Positions 1 through 13,428 are shown, numbered from the stretch's first letter. The stretch: 64,000 nt of DNA from Hemiscyllium ocellatum (GCF_020745735.1 NC_083443.1:19829006-19893005); one strand, 5' to 3'. Translations and numbers: made by a program. The notes: generated by a model not told the origin, from the letters alone.

Positions 1-345
1 GAGTGAATGGAGAGTGGTCCAGGGTGTCCTGGAGGGAACGGTTCCTGTGAAAGACAGACAAGGGAGAGTGGGGAATATGTGTCTGGCAATGGTATCTTGC
101 AGGAGGTTGCACAAATGGCAGCTGATGATCTTCTTGATGTAGATGCTGGTAGGATGGTAGGTAAGGACTATCGCTGTTGCCAGAGGGTAAAGAGGGGGTG
201 AGGGCAGAAGTGTGGGAGATGGGTCAGATTAACTACCATCAGTTCTGAGGGAGGGTCAGAATCCAAAACATTAACTTTGATTTCTCTTCACAGACGTGCT
301 GAGCTTTTCCAGCAACTTCTGTTTTTGTTTTACGTGAATGAACTG
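1..345. mobile_element. Penelope-like element fragment plus degenerate pseudo-LTR
   Basis: The - strand translates to VLTYHPTSIYIKKII...FHRNRSLQDTL, typical of the PLE RT-endonuclease linker. A + strand pLTR piece with a decayed hammerhead motif lies at about 241-276. Confidence 0.6.
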
Positions 346-1732
346 TTTCGGTTTTTACAACAATCAATAATAATTGTTGTGCCATCATTACTGAGACAGG
401 TTTTATATTCCAGACTTATTCATCAAACTAAAACCTGCCATGTCAGGAGTTTAATCCATATCCGTAGACCATTAACTTGAACCGCTAAACGACGAACCCA
501 GCAACATGACCACTTCACCCACATCTCTCCCAGAGGGTGGGGAGTAGGTCAATTAACCTCTTGAGCCTGGTCCCTCAATCAATAAAAGCATGGCTGATCT
601 GATGTGGTCTTAACTCCACTTTCCTGCTTGCTTCTTGTAAACCTTGATTCCTTTGTAGATCAAATATCAATCTAACTTGACTTTGGACACATTCAATGAC
701 CAAGATTTCACTGCTGGCTGAGGTCAGAGATCACAAACACTAACAACGTTCTGAGAGAACTTTCTTCTTGTCTCCGACCTGTGCATTGCTCAATGCTGTT
801 GTTAGTTGTTGGTTCAAGATTCAAGGCAACTCCAGAGTTTCAGGTCCTCATCGAAATTTCCTTCAAGTTTCTCAAGATACATCTGTGAGGCATTGGACTT
901 TAATTTCACACAACTCAAGAAAATGTTTATTAACTGTGGCATACTCATTTTCTGCTGATGCAAGATAATTTATTCCCACAGGTGTACCTTCTGTCTAGAA
1001 TCTGCAATCTCCGTATCTCACTCCAATCGGGTTTCATTAAAATGCGCATTATATATTAAATACATAATTAGAGACAACATTTCCTAAAGCACCACTGCCA
1101 GTTTGTCTAATTACTGGCACTGCTCTGGGCAGCTGGCACTTCACAACTCAAAGAGAAAAGCTTTGACTCAAATTACTTTTTCCCTTCATAAACAATGACA
1201 TGCAAACCAGCCCCTCTGCCACCATGATTCAGTCTCCTGCAGCCTAGCCTTCACATGAAGTCTGCTTTTAACTACAGAATCTCTCCACTGTACATCATAC
1301 TGAGGTTACCTTCCATTTCTGTACCTTATCAAAGACAAATGCATACACCGAGGCAGACAACAAACCCAATCGAGAGAAACATTTCCTTTCTGCCTCTAAG
1401 ACAGAAAAGAAAGCAGAAACAATAGCTTAAAGCCCATAAATATATTCAATCCATAAACAAAACCTATTACTTTAAATGTGGGTTTTGTTTTAAAATAGAA
1501 AATTAAATACATACTAATTTCGAAAAAGGCTTTTTCTATTCGTGAGAAGAGTAGAGCCATTGCATCAAAGCAAATCATTTAATATAAAACCTTAAAATGT
1601 AAATGATCGGTAATAATAATTAATCAAAAGATTGCAGGTATCCCCTGTCAATCAAGGTACACCCATATTCAATCACAGATATACCTGATATCTTGTATTT
1701 TGCCTCATGTTCTCATCCACACAATGCAATGT

Positions 1733-1757
1733 CACACACACACACACACACACACAC
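1733..1757. repeat. (CA)12 microsatellite
   Basis: Read directly. Confidence 0.95.
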
Positions 1758-2049
1758 CTTTACTTGCAGGACACATTGCAATTAACAATGTCATGAGATC
1801 ACTGGTACTTCCACTTCACACACCCTCCAATGGACCATTTTGCCCAGAACCTAAGTGCTGAGGGGGCAAGAACCTCACCAAAGCCATCCTGCCCAATTAT
1901 TTTCCTTTCTCAATCATCAACCACCCACCACCCTCCACACTCAATCCCTCAGCATCCCCATCACCTCTAGGGAGGATGAAACGTCACCCAAATATTTTGG
2001 TTTTCCCAACTTTTAATTGCAAGAAATTTCTGCCTATCCAAACTGGGTG

Positions 2050-3050
2050 AAAGCTGAATGACAAATCAGAGACTGTAGTCAGGTTGAGAGGTGCTGGTAA
2101 GTAGGAGAATCCAGCAAACTACAACTGAAGACTGTTAAAGTAAGTATAGACATGGATGCTCAAAAACTGGAGAGAATACAATGGAATTTGCGATGCTTGG
2201 AAATCAATATCCATCGACAGCTTGTCAAAGATGTAAAAGTCAAGGATGTAAGGAGTGAGGATGTACAGTCTAGGTAACTGTAGGAGTTGGCGCATTTGTA
2301 TTGGATATTGATGGCCAGCCTAACCTCCAGAAATGCAAAGAGAGATGTGGAGGAAGGGAAGAGTCAGAGATGGACCAGGTTAAGATGAGAGCAGGGTGGA
2401 AATTGGAAGCGTTTTCATGCAGAAGGTGGTGCGTGTATGGAATGAGCTGTCAGAGGAAGCAATAGAGGCTGGTACAGTTACAACATTTAAAAGGTACCTG
2501 GATGTGTATATGAATAGGAAGGGTTTAGAGGGATATGGACCAGATGCTGGCGAATGGGACTGGATTAATTTAGGATATCTGGACGGCATGGATGAGTTGG
2601 ACCAGAGGGTGAATTTCCATGCTGTACAGCTCTATGATTCAAACTGAGGGAAGCAGCACCGATTATGTCATCGAAATATTGGAGAAAGAGCAGCGGGCGG
2701 GGGCCAGAGTAGAGCGGGAACAAGGAATGTTCCACATACCCCACAAAGAGACAGGTATAACTGGGGCCCATGTGGATACCTCTGACCTGAAGAAAGTGGA
2801 AGGAGTTAAAGGGGAAGTTGTTCAAAGTGAGGATGGGCTCTGCCAGGTGGAGGAGGTTGGAGGGGATTGGGGCTGGTTCAGGCCATTTTCCCAGGAATAA
2901 ACAAAGCCCCCGGAAATCATCCTGATGGGGAATGGACGTGCAAAGGGATTGCACATCCATACAGAAGAGGAGGCAGCTGGAGCCCACAAACTGGAAAATC
3001 AGAAAGTGACTTAAAGCATCAGAAGAATTATGGATGTAAATGGGCAAAAA
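2050..3050 (-). mobile_element. Decayed Penelope-like reverse transcriptase fragment with nested CR1 3' end (about 2410-2640, +)
   Basis: ORF 2565-3047 contains NNFPFNSFHFLQVRGIHMGPSYTCLFVG...QYFDDIIG (PLE RT motifs). The nested piece encodes VVRVWNELSEE...FKRYLD and ends ctctatgattc. Confidence 0.75.
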
Positions 3051-3334
3051 ATTTGTGTTGAGTTAGGAAGAAACGGATGAAAGCTGCATCCTCTATTGGG
3101 GCTGGTCCTATTCAGGATGATCAGTTGCAGATAGTCTCTGAGATATGATTACACACCTTTGGAGCAGGTGGGATTTGAACCAAGGCCTCCTTGCCTCAGA
3201 GGCAGTGTCAATATTACTGCAACACACAAACTTTCACCGTCATACAGCATGCAGTTAACATCATCCCACCAGTTCTAAATTATACAATAATGAAATGAAT
3301 TTAAGTCTCCTGTATTATGCGTTGTGTTTTAAAG

Positions 3335-3375
3335 CTAAATTTAAAAGCTGTTCTGCATAAGATGGAGTCTGCTGT

Positions 3376-3412
<37 letters not shown>

Positions 3413-3442
3413 GGCATGAAATGGAGAAGGGAATCACAGCTG
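3335..3442 (+). promoter_or_regulatory. Candidate DUSP13A promoter motifs
   Basis: MEF2-like CTAAATTTAA 3335-3344, (TA)16, and E-box CAGCTG 3437-3442, 120-230 bp upstream of the ATG. Confidence 0.3.
3379..3410. repeat. (TA)16 microsatellite
   Basis: Read directly. Confidence 0.95.
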
Positions 3443-3561
3443 TTTGCAAATGTCAGAGGGAGATCAACACTTTTGTATTTGCAGTCAGAATCATTTCAAC
3501 AGAGAATGTTGGGAAGGGCTGGTGAGACTTCAAAAGCAATACTTCCGGAGAAACTGTCCCC

Positions 3562-3731
3562 ATGTCAGCAACAGAATCTCTATTGGGAGATGGTCCTGAT
3601 CCCTCCACTGACAACACAATCCATGATCCAAAATCACCTTCTGTTACAGAACTGGAGATGATCCTGGAGAGCAGCAAAGCCCAGCTAAACCATATTGACG
3701 AAGTGTGGCCTAACCTCTACATTGGGGATTT
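3562..3731 (+). CDS. DUSP13A: DUSP13A (MDSP)-like phosphatase, coding exon 1
   Basis: ATG at 3562 reads MSATESLLG...PSVTELEMILESSKAQLNHIDEVWPNLYIGD(L). GTAAGT donor at 3732, phase 2. Resembles the MDSP N-terminus (PSILELEELL...DEVWPNLFIGD). Confidence 0.85.
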
Positions 3732-3977
3732 GTAAGTACTCACACATGTCACAGACATAGTACACTTATAGCAAACACCACTTAGGATGGGTAACTCTCT
3801 ACAGATTTATGTTTTTAAACATATTCATTGGCACTGAAAATTGGCACAAATTAAACTTGGTTTATTACTTTCTTTTAAGTTGTTTGCTGTGGAGGAAACA
3901 ATTGGTGGTAGCTCTGTCTAGGCTTAAAACAAAAAAAAAATTAAGAAAAAATTCTAAATCTCCCATAGGTCATGCAA

Positions 3978-4305
3978 GGGTGGCCTGGTGGTTCAGTGGT
4001 TAGCTCTGCTGCCTCACAGTGCCAGGGACCCAGGTTCAACTCCAGCCTCAAGCAACTGCCTGTGAGGAGTTTGCATGTTCTCCTCGTGTCTGTGTAGGTT
4101 TCCCTAGGGTGCTCTGGTTTTCTCCCACAGTCCAAAGATGTGCAGGATAGGTCGAACGGCTGTGCTAAATTTCCCCTAGTGTTTAGGAATGTGTAGGCTG
4201 ATGGATTAGCCATGGAAAATATGGGCTCATGGAGATTAGCTGGGATGCTCTTTGGAGGGCAGTGTAGACTGAACGGTCTGCTCCCACACTGTAGGGATTC
4301 TATGA
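3978..4305 (+). mobile_element. tRNA-derived V-SINE (HE1-like)
   Basis: A/B-box-like head (tggttcagtggttagc, ggttcaactcc), V-domain gtgctctggttttctcccacagtccaaagatgtgc and a CR1-like tail. Confidence 0.8.
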
Positions 4306-4639
4306 GTGCAGTCTGTGCTAGAAATAACTTCTCAAATTTATATAATTGTGCATCCAGTATTTCCAAAATGCGTGATCTGTGCTAAAAGGAGAGGAAAATA
4401 TGCTTTTACTTTTTTTCCCAATAATTAATAGGAACCTGAAGGGAGGTGCTTACACAGTGGCCTGCTTTGCGTGAGGGCAGTGAGGTTTTTGATTAATGTT
4501 TTATTCATTGTGGAATAACAAGGCACTCTTAAATAATGATCTATCAAGTGGCCTACACGGTTCTATCCTATAGAAACAGTTTCTACCCTAATGTTGTTAG
4601 AATACAGAATGGACTCACAAACTCTTAGTATTCGCCTGT

Positions 4640-4780
4640 ACCTATGTTTTTGCTTTTATCGCTGTTACCTATTATTTACTATCTATGCTACTTAACTCTG
4701 TGATCTGCCTGTATTGCTCACAAGACAAAACTTTTCACTGTGCCTCGGTATACATGACAATAAATTCTATTCAACTCAAT
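4640..4780 (+). mobile_element. LINE 3' end (Rex1/Babar-like)
   Basis: Ends ttttcactgtgcctcggtatacatgacaataaattctattcaa. A similar terminus occurs at about 56320-56370. Confidence 0.45.
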
Positions 4781-5171
4781 AGATGAGAACCATCACAGCT
4801 CTCCCATGATGTTTGCTAAATCTATGAATGGTAGTACTTGAATCCTCAATTGTGTATCAGAAACATAGGAACAGGAGGTGCCCATGCTGCCTGGGGAGCT
4901 TGACCAATCATTCAGTCAGATTAGAGGTCACTGTCTGAGGTGAGATGAGAGAATAACTCCCAATATATTCATCATAATTGTTTCAACAGTGAGATACTCT
5001 CAGCCACGACTGGACCTGCCTCTGTGTCAATATTTTGTGGTCACTCAAGTCGAAATTCAAACAGGTGCTTCCATTTTCTGAATTACCAACAATTTGTAAC
5101 ATAAACATATACATTTGATGCTAAAAATATGACATGTTGACTCCATTTTTGACTCTCCATACTGGAAGATC

Positions 5172-5408
5172 AGATTAGATTAGATTAGATTACTTACAGT
5201 GTGGAAACAGGCCCTTCGGCCCAACAAGTCCACACCAACCCGCTGAAGCGCAACCCACCCATACGCCTACATTTACCCCTTACCTAACACTACGGGCAAT
5301 TTAACATGGCCAATTCACCTGACCCGCACATCTTTGGACTGTGGGAGGAAATTGGAGCACCCGGAGGAAACCCACGCAGACACGGGGAGAACGTGAAAAT
5401 TCCACACA
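5172..5408 (-). mobile_element. V-SINE (HE1-like), 5'-truncated
   Basis: (agatt)n tail and V-domain in antisense. Confidence 0.8.
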
Positions 5409-5689
5409 ATCAACAAGCAGGCAATTCTTCAATAACTCATTGAACAACCAATAGCTCATACAGAAAGTGAGACACTTAGACCTCAGTCTATCCAATGTTC
5501 CTCCTCACTAAAGTTCTCATGTCCAGGCAACGTCCTCATACACTTCTCTTGTTCTGTCTCTCTGCTGCAAACACAGCTTTCCATCGAATGGTGACCAGAA
5601 ATTCATGCTGTAGTCTGGGTGAGGCCTCACCCTTGTATGCTATTAAATTCCAAGCTCTTGTACTCCAGCTAATGAAGCTATTAAGGGTA

Positions 5690-6152
5690 AATATCCCACT
5701 TGCCTGGAAGAATGCAGCCCCAAGAACACTCAAGAAGCTTTACACTATCCAGGGAAAAACAGCCCATTTGATTGGTATCACATCCACAAGCATCCGCTCC
5801 CTCCACAACCGATGTTCAGTTAATAGCAAGGTATGCTAGCTACAAGATGCACTGCAGAAATTCACTGAAGATCCTTGGACAGCACCTTCCAAACCCACAA
5901 CCAGTTCCATCTGGAAGGACAAGGGCAGCAGATACAAGGGAACACCACCATTTTCAAGTTCCCCTCGAAGCCACTCACCATCCTGGCTTGGAAATATATC
6001 GCCATTGCTTCACTGTCATTGGGTCAACCAAAGCAGGTGGACTGCAGCAATTCAAAGAGGCAGCATAACACCACCTTCTCAAGGGCAATTAGGGAGAGGC
6101 AATAAATGCTGGTCAGCCAGTGACACCCACACTGCACAAATGAATAAATAAA
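5690..6152 (+). mobile_element. CR1/L2-group LINE 3' end
   Basis: Decayed ORF2 C-terminus and gcaataaatgctgg tail. A homologous copy lies at about 50120-50430. Confidence 0.65.
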
Positions 6153-6586
6153 AATATTTTATCTTCTGATCTAGTCACTTTTGAGGATCTGTGGACCATT
6201 AGTCGATGATTTCTCTGTTTTTCTCCACTTCATCAGTATGCTTTTAGGTGTTCCTTTACCTTGTTAGCTTGGATTGAACGCCTTTTGCCACTGTTTATTG
6301 ATATTTTCCTGCAGTCTAATTCTTCCTTCTGCATTATCAACCACACAGTCAATATTGTATCGCCTGCAAACTTCTCAATTTACTTCCTGACGTATAGGTC
6401 CAAACCAATGGTATATTCCATAATATATCAAGCTACCAAGTATGGAGCCCTGCAGACATATCACTGACTGAACTATTGACTAACTCAACGCACAATAGAG
6501 ATTGTGCCGCAGGCTCTCCTAATCTTTACAGTCAATAGTGCAACATCACACTGTTGTCTTACATGATCATTCTGTTCTCGTTATAG

Positions 6587-6804
6587 GGTGATAGCCCATG
6601 ACAAGAAACAATTAAGGAAGATGGGGATAACTCATGTGTTAAATGCTGCACATTCCAAATGGGGCAGTGTGGGAGATCAAATCTTCTACGGCAAGAAAAT
6701 AAATTACTATGGTATAGCGGCTGATGATTCCCCAGAATTTGACCTGAGTGCATATTTCTACACTGCAGCTGAACAGATACATCAAACACTGAACACTCCA
6801 AATG
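6587..6804 (+). CDS. DUSP13A: DUSP13A-like coding exon 2
   Basis: ttatag acceptor ends 6586. Reads [22 protein letters not shown]...GIAADDSPEFDLSAYF...LNTPN, with the general-acid Asp present. GT donor at 6805, phase 1. Confidence 0.9.
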
Positions 6805-7103
6805 GTAACGCATGTTTGAGCATTCATTATATTTGAATGTGCTAACTGGACAATGTCATTGTGGGTAAATCTGCTCATTGTATGGAAATACTCAATTAGA
6901 GTAGACGAGGAGGATTTTATAAGATGTTGACCCTTTCATTGTATTAGTCACCACATTACTCTGCTGAAAAGGGACAGTCACAAGGTGCATTCCATTGGCA
7001 AATCAGGGATGAGCATAGAGTGACAGGGAGACCCTGCGTCTGCATCCAAAGCTTCTGATTTCAAAGGGGTGGGACCAAGAAAAGGTGAAATGTTCAGTTA
7101 CAA

Positions 7104-7187
7104 TTAAAAATCACACAACACCAGGTTATAGTCCAACAGGTTTAATTGGAAGCACTAGCTTTTGGAGCGCCGCTCCTTCATCAGGTG
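7104..7187 (-). mobile_element. Penelope-like pLTR fragment with hammerhead motif (7153-7187)
   Basis: Nearly identical to 62945-63029. The - strand reads CAC CTGATGA A GGAGC ggc GCTCC AAAA GCTA GTG. Confidence 0.75.
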
Positions 7188-7559
7188 GAGCTAGAGTAGG
7201 CAATTCAGCCCCTTGAGCCTGCTTTCCCATTCAGTAAGGTTGTCTGACCTGATTGTAAACCCCTAATCCCACCTTCCTACCTAGCCAGGTAATCCTTCAG
7301 CCTCTTCCTTAACAAAATTGTACATCTATTCACAATCAGCTACAGCAATGGATTGAAACATGACAACATTTAGTGAGGTCAGTAATCGCCCTTCATTCAG
7401 TGAATTAATTCTAGGGTGCAGCAGAAGCTTCATTCTTGTGCACATAGACAATACCCACACATGCTAAAGATTAACACCACAAATTGTTCACTAAACCGAC
7501 AGTAATTAGGTTGGAAGCACAATATGGATAAATATTAATGAATGATACTTTAATGTAAG

Positions 7560-7900
7560 GCAGGTAATGGCAGTTGTATTGTCACTGTTTTAGTAATCCA
7601 GAGACACAAACTAATGCTTTGAGGACATGGCAGTTGCTGGGATTTAAATTCAAGTAATAAATCTGAAATTGACAGCAACACTTAGTGATGCTGACCCTGA
7701 AACTATTGCTGACTGTTGCAAAGGCCTATTTGGTTCACTAATGTCGTTTATAGAAGGAAATCGGTCAACCTAACTTGATCTGGCCTACACATGACTACAG
7801 ACCCACAGTGTTTGACTGTTAAATAACCTCTGATTAGGCCTAGTAAGCTGCTCAGTTCAAGGGCAATCACAGACATGCGACAATTTGCCAGTGACATGTG
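7560..7900 (+). mobile_element. Old SINE sharing a tail with the CR1/L2-group LINE
   Basis: Related fragments in antisense near 39470-39660 and 56790-57000, with an agggcaat-type tail. Confidence 0.45.
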
Positions 7901-8559
7901 AAAGAATAAACATTACAAAAATATTCACAGAATTCTTAGTTAGCATCAGTGCTCCGCACTGTGTTGTGTGACCATTCAGCCTGCAAATTTCCACACAGGC
8001 CACTTACAAAGTTATCGCCTGCACACAAATAAATTAAGCAGACCAGAAACACATATAGAAACAATTGAGAGGCCAAAGTGCACAGCATTTTGTATTAACT
8101 GGCATCTGCACCAAACACACTCTCTACTGGAATTTCCACGTCATTTTTTTTGCAGACTCACCACCAAATTAACTAATTAAAACAATCAAATATGTTACAA
8201 CTACTAACCACAGCCCACCAGCAGCTGCCTAAGTCAATTATTAATTTTTTAAGCAACCCCACTCAGACATAAAGTGATATGTCAGGTGCTGCTGGGATTT
8301 AAACAGAGATTTTCTACATCAGAGTTATGGACACTACCACTCTGCCACAAGAGCCCACCTTAAGACGGCTGTTGTTTATTTCTTTTTTATTGGGATCAAG
8401 ATTTCATAATCAATAAAGGCCAAAGACAAATAAAAAAACAGATTTTAGTATCCCTGTAAACTGACTGCCGACAGATCGTGTGCTTTTTGATCAAGATAGA
8501 ATGTATCTGCAAATACAAATTTGCAAATGCAAATTCACACAATCAAAAAGTATATGATC

Positions 8560-8992
8560 TGTTAGCAGTCAGTCCATGTGACATGTTATAAAATCCTACT
8601 TTAGAAATAGAACCAGTCTGAATCAAGGTTGGAATACACACAGACTTCTAACCTCACACCTTTAAAGCATTATCTGAACTGAGATGTCACCTTATTTTAA
8701 ATAAAACCTTAAGTTATCTTGGGAATGTGACTTGAAAGATGTTCTGAGATTTATATATTAATGAATCGAAACCTGCAACCCCTTCTAAGTTATTAGAGAT
8801 TTAACAGCAATCTAAGTTTGTGCAATACATAGCATCAGTTGTATAACACTTTGATCTTTTTGCTATAAATTCTGTGTCCTATGATCCTGCCTCACTAGCG
8901 ACTTGATGAAGGAGCAGCACTCCAAAAGCATGTACTCCCAAATAAACCTGGTTTATTATTGGACAATAACCTGGTGTTGTGTGATTTTTAAT
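8560..8992 (+). mobile_element. Penelope-like 3' region/pLTR with decayed hammerhead (about 8901-8933)
   Basis: Ends aacctggtgttgtgtgatttttaa, the reverse complement of the 7104 and 62945 termini. Confidence 0.7.
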
Positions 8993-9469
8993 GAGTTAAT
9001 GTAGATAGAGTCATAGGCATTTTAATTAGCTAATAACTCAAACTTTCAGGAAGAATGCTGGGACCCTGAGGAGGAGGTGGAGGGGGGAGGCCTAGTAAGT
9101 ACGGATATAATCACTGTTGTCCTCAGAGACGGGAGCCTGATGGAAGTGCAGTGAGTGGAGTAATGTAATTTAGTACAGTGTAGTGTAATTTAATTTTGTT
9201 AGATTGTAATTTAATTTAGTGTTATCTTATTTAATTTGAGTTTGTGCTTGTTTGGATTAAGTTAAGTAAATAAGAGTCGACTACAATCTGGAGAGTAGTA
9301 GACAGTTTATTATTAACGTTATTGTAATATAACATAATAGTGCAATATTTTTCCTACTTTTCTGTACTTTTGTACTTTTATAACTTTGTTTTGCTTTTTT
9401 TCATTCGGTTTGTGTTTTTTGTAAAAAAAGTTTTTTTCAATAAATATATATATATAAACAAAACGGAAA

Positions 9470-9950
9470 GATACTTAAGCCTTGGAGAAAGTGCAAAGGA
9501 GATTCACAAGAATGATACAGGAATGAGGAATTTTAAATGCAAGGACAGATTAGAGAAATTGGACTTATATTCCTTGGAGTAAGAGGTGACATTAGTGAAG
9601 TGCTCAAAATTATGAGCAATTTTGACAGGGTAAAGAAGGATATTCTGTTTCCACAGGTTGGTATGTCAGTTAAGTAGTGGGTCACAATTTCAAGTTTGTC
9701 AGCAAGAGAGCTTGGAGTGAGATGAGGAGAAACGTCTTTACTCAGAGTTGATAGGATTTGGAATGTGCTGCCTGGGAGAGTGATGGAAGCAGATTCCAAA
9801 GAAGGTTTCATAAAAGAGCTGGTAATGTATTTGAAAGTGACGTACTTAGAGGGCTGGAGAATGGGACTAGCTTGCTAGCTCTTTCGGGAGTCAGTACAGA
9901 CATGATGAGTCAAATGGCCTCCTCTGATACTGTAAAATTCTATGATTCTA
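9470..9950 (+). mobile_element. Old CR1 LINE 3' end
   Basis: RLEKLDLYSLE-type ORF2 remnant and ttctatgattcta tail. Confidence 0.65.
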
Positions 9951-10527
9951 ATTCCCTGAAGATAATTCAATGGTGATGTCATCTGTTTTGAACAAAATTG
10001 TTTGATAAAAAGTGAATAATAGGAAATTCACAATGTCATTTGGATAGAATGTTTAGTCTCTCTCTTTTCCTCGGTTTTCTGGCACAAAGGCATATGTCCC
10101 TGATGTCAACAGTTTTCTGTATCCTCACCCACTCATTGGATGTTTGGTTCACGGGAAGGTCCAATCCTAGTGGATTGACCCACTAGGAGGTTGATCTACT
10201 TCAGTCAAAACCTAGTTCCCACATTATGTCAGCACATATCAATCTGCTACTATGAGACTTTGGATAGTAACTGAGGTTAAGAACCCCCACCGATCTTTCC
10301 CTTCTAAAGCCCTGGTGTAACATGGGAAAACATTAACATCTTGACCAAACTTAACCAACGCTGCATGAGTTGGACCTTGACAATTGACTCTAGTTCAGTT
10401 CCAGTCTCTTATTCACACAGTCGCTGGGGAGTCCTCTTTTTCCACATTTGGAATTTAGAATGCAACAATTATGTGACTGGCTGTCACTCACGATCCAAAC
10501 ACTCAACTGTTCTCTCTTTCTCCACAG

Positions 10528-10754
10528 CAAAACTCCTGGTGCATTGCATTCTTGGGATGAGCAGATCAGCCTCCCTGGTACTGGCCTACCTTATGATTTA
10601 TCACAACCGCTCACTTCTCGATGCAGTAAACCGACTCATTTTATACAGGCCTGTTTCACCCAACTGGGGATTTCTGGAACAATTACGCAAATTGGATATA
10701 AAGCTAAATGAAGAGAGAAAACTACAGCTGACCAAAGATGCCACATTTTGCTGA
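10528..10754 (+). CDS. DUSP13A: DUSP13A-like coding exon 3 (catalytic P-loop)
   Basis: Polypyrimidine tract plus cacag acceptor ends 10527. Reads AKLLVHCILGMSRSASLVLAYLM...PNWGFLEQL...TFC*. Exons sum to 615 nt (204 aa). Confidence 0.9.
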
Positions 10755-10920
10755 GGGTCAATCAGTCGTGTGTCATTGCGTTTTGGTCAAACTTTGAAAT
10801 GTTTCTTATCAGTGGAGGGATACTTCAATCCTTTCAGGCAGTTTAGAGACTGAAGTAATGCAACAGCTTTCTTCAACAATATTATTTGCATCCCTTTGCA
10901 CTGTGAATGAGGTTGCCTAC

Positions 10921-10926
10921 AATAAA
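10921..10926 (+). terminator. Candidate polyadenylation signal of DUSP13A-like gene
   Basis: First AATAAA seen after the stop codon, about 170 nt downstream. Confidence 0.5.
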
Positions 10927-10956
10927 GAGATCATATGGTCCCTCTGATCTATCATT

Positions 10957-11432
10957 GATTCATAGAGATGTACAGCACAGAAACAGATCCTTCGGTCCAA
11001 CTTGTCCATGCTGACCAGATATCCCAACCCAATCTAGTCCCACTTGCCAGCACCAGGCCCATATCCGTCTAAACCCTTCCTATTCATATATCCCTCCAAA
11101 CATCTTTTAAATGTTGCAATTGTACTATCCCCCACCACTTCCTCTGGCAGCTCGTTCCACACATACACACCACCCACTGCTTGAAGATGTTGCCCCGTAG
11201 GTCTCTTTTTTATCTTTCCCCTCTCATCCTAAACCTATGCCCTCCAGTTCTGGACTCCACCAGCCCAGGGAAAAGATTTTCTCTATTTATCCTATCCATG
11301 CCCTTCATGATTTTATAAACCTCTATAAAGTCACCCCTCAGCATCCCATGGTCCAGGGAAAACAGCCTCAGCCTATTCAACCTCTCCCATAGCTCAAATC
11401 CTCCAACCCTGGCAACGTCTTTGCAAATCTTT
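10957..11432 (-). mobile_element. CR1 LINE 3' end
   Basis: ORF 11210-11449 reads ERLNRLRLFSL...RGDFIEVYKIMKG...SRTGGHRF (CR1 ORF2 C-terminus). Confidence 0.85.
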
Positions 11433-13306
11433 CCTTTTGAAATATGCATTAATCCACAATTCTAGCAGCTCTTATTTTTTATTCCCTGACACCAGACAGA
11501 GTTCACCAGGAAATGATACACAGCTTTACAACTAACTAGACAACATTTGGATCCTGGTTTTAGACTTTCTTCAATTCAAAGTGAGAATTGACTGCAGTAA
11601 CTTACCTGATTGTTCCTTCTTCACTACTGGACTTTAGAACCACCCCGTAATATCCATTTGGGGCAAAGGGTTAAGAGATGGTTGTGGTTTTTTTAAACAA
11701 TCAAAATTGAAATGCAATTTAGTGTCAGTTATTCTGTGTGTAGTGATACCACAATATTAAAGAAAGGGTCAGAAATGGGGGAATAATTGCACTATTTGGA
11801 AAGCAGCTACCATTAATCCAAGTGAATGGACATATTAATTGTTTATTAAGAAAATCTGTCTGAAGAATAGTTTGTGATTTTACATCACAATACTTTCTCT
11901 AATTCTAACCCTTCCATAATATTTAAGACTTTAAAAAATTATTTGTAACTCACAACATAACAGAATAAAGAATATCATTCTGTGAGTTGTTTGTCGTGCC
12001 TTTATTAAGAAAATGAGGTATCTCTTCTGCCTCTGTGTGATCCATGAAGGAAGTTTTTCTAACACTTTTTTTCTCCCCATCTTCTAACATAATGGAACTT
12101 TGAAGAAATGCAATGGGAGGGAATTGTTAGATCTCCCCAGTATTTGCCAGCCTGGGGTAATCAGCCATTGGCCACGCTTTCTGGCAGTAACCCAGGCTGA
12201 CATCTGGCAGCAATCTGAGAAGTTGCGCGGTTTAGGAGGTGACATTGCACACAGACACCGAGTCATATGTTTTGCTGAGTAAACTGATAGGGGAGAAGGG
12301 CACAGAGCATCGCTTAGGAACTGGGGAATGGAGTAGGGACAGGAAGGAAGAGCCGTGAAACAAATTCACAGTAAGAATTAAAGACGGTAAGTTCCACAAA
12401 CTGCATAACGGGGAGAGAGACAATGCTCATACCAGCTTAACAGGTTTTGTTGGGCTTAGAGGAATGGTTCAGAAGCTGACAGTTATATTTACTCGAACAA
12501 ACGTTTGATAGTCTGCAGCTAGGAATCTAAGTACAGTTCATCTTTTCCAAGTTTGACCAAAGGCTGCTCCTCGTTATTGCTCTTAACAGACAATGAGTTA
12601 AATTACCTTTTGATAGACAGTCATTGTTACTAAATGGTCAAATCTGGCAGTTAACGTGTGACACTACAAAAAAAAATGGAAGTAAGTTAGTAAACGCTGA
12701 GTGGTGCATGGTTTAATGTAATGATGGGCTATCACAAGGCATTAAAATACAGATTTCTATCTCGTGGATGTCTGGACATAATTGGGCCATCAACTGGACA
12801 AGAAGTAATATAAAAGTTAATGTCTGCATATTCAACTAAATAAAAACAGAACATATCTGCAGGCAGAGAAGAAAATAACTCCAATATTTCAGTAATTTTA
12901 TTAGCTGTTTAACCACCCTAAATGCAGGATAGAGTTTAAAGAAAATGACTGATATAAGCAAATAGTCAGTTTGGTAAACTTTATTAATAGACAAATAACT
13001 GGTAAGGTTTCCACAAGTTCTCCTTTGATACATTTTAATATTGCTCAAACTTTACTCAACAGAAAGGCCCGGAAAAATGAGCATTGATTCCTAGTGGCGG
13101 GTTTGTTTTATACGTGTGGAATAAAGTGAGGATGGGGATTGCTGCAACTGACTACAGTTACATGTATTGGCTTCAAAAGTTGAACACGCAGTAAATAGAA
13201 GCCAGTTGTAGTTAAGAAATTTTGCAATGTAGTTTGAGGATGCATCGCTGAAGTTACACTCTTGGTCTCCCCTGATGATCATTGTGTTGGGTAGATGTTC
13301 TGTTCT

Positions 13307-13428
13307 TAAAAATGTGCTGCTGGAAAAGCGCAGCAGGTCAGGCAGCAAAGGAACAGGAGAATCGATGTTTCAGGCATAAGCCCTTCTTCAGGCTCTGATC
13401 TCCAGCATCTGCAGTCCTCACTTTCTCC
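13307..13428. mobile_element. Collapsed inverted Penelope-like pLTR with 15-bp TSD
   Basis: TSD tagatgttctgttct at 13292-13306 and 13429-13443. Same family as 19039-19720. Confidence 0.8.
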
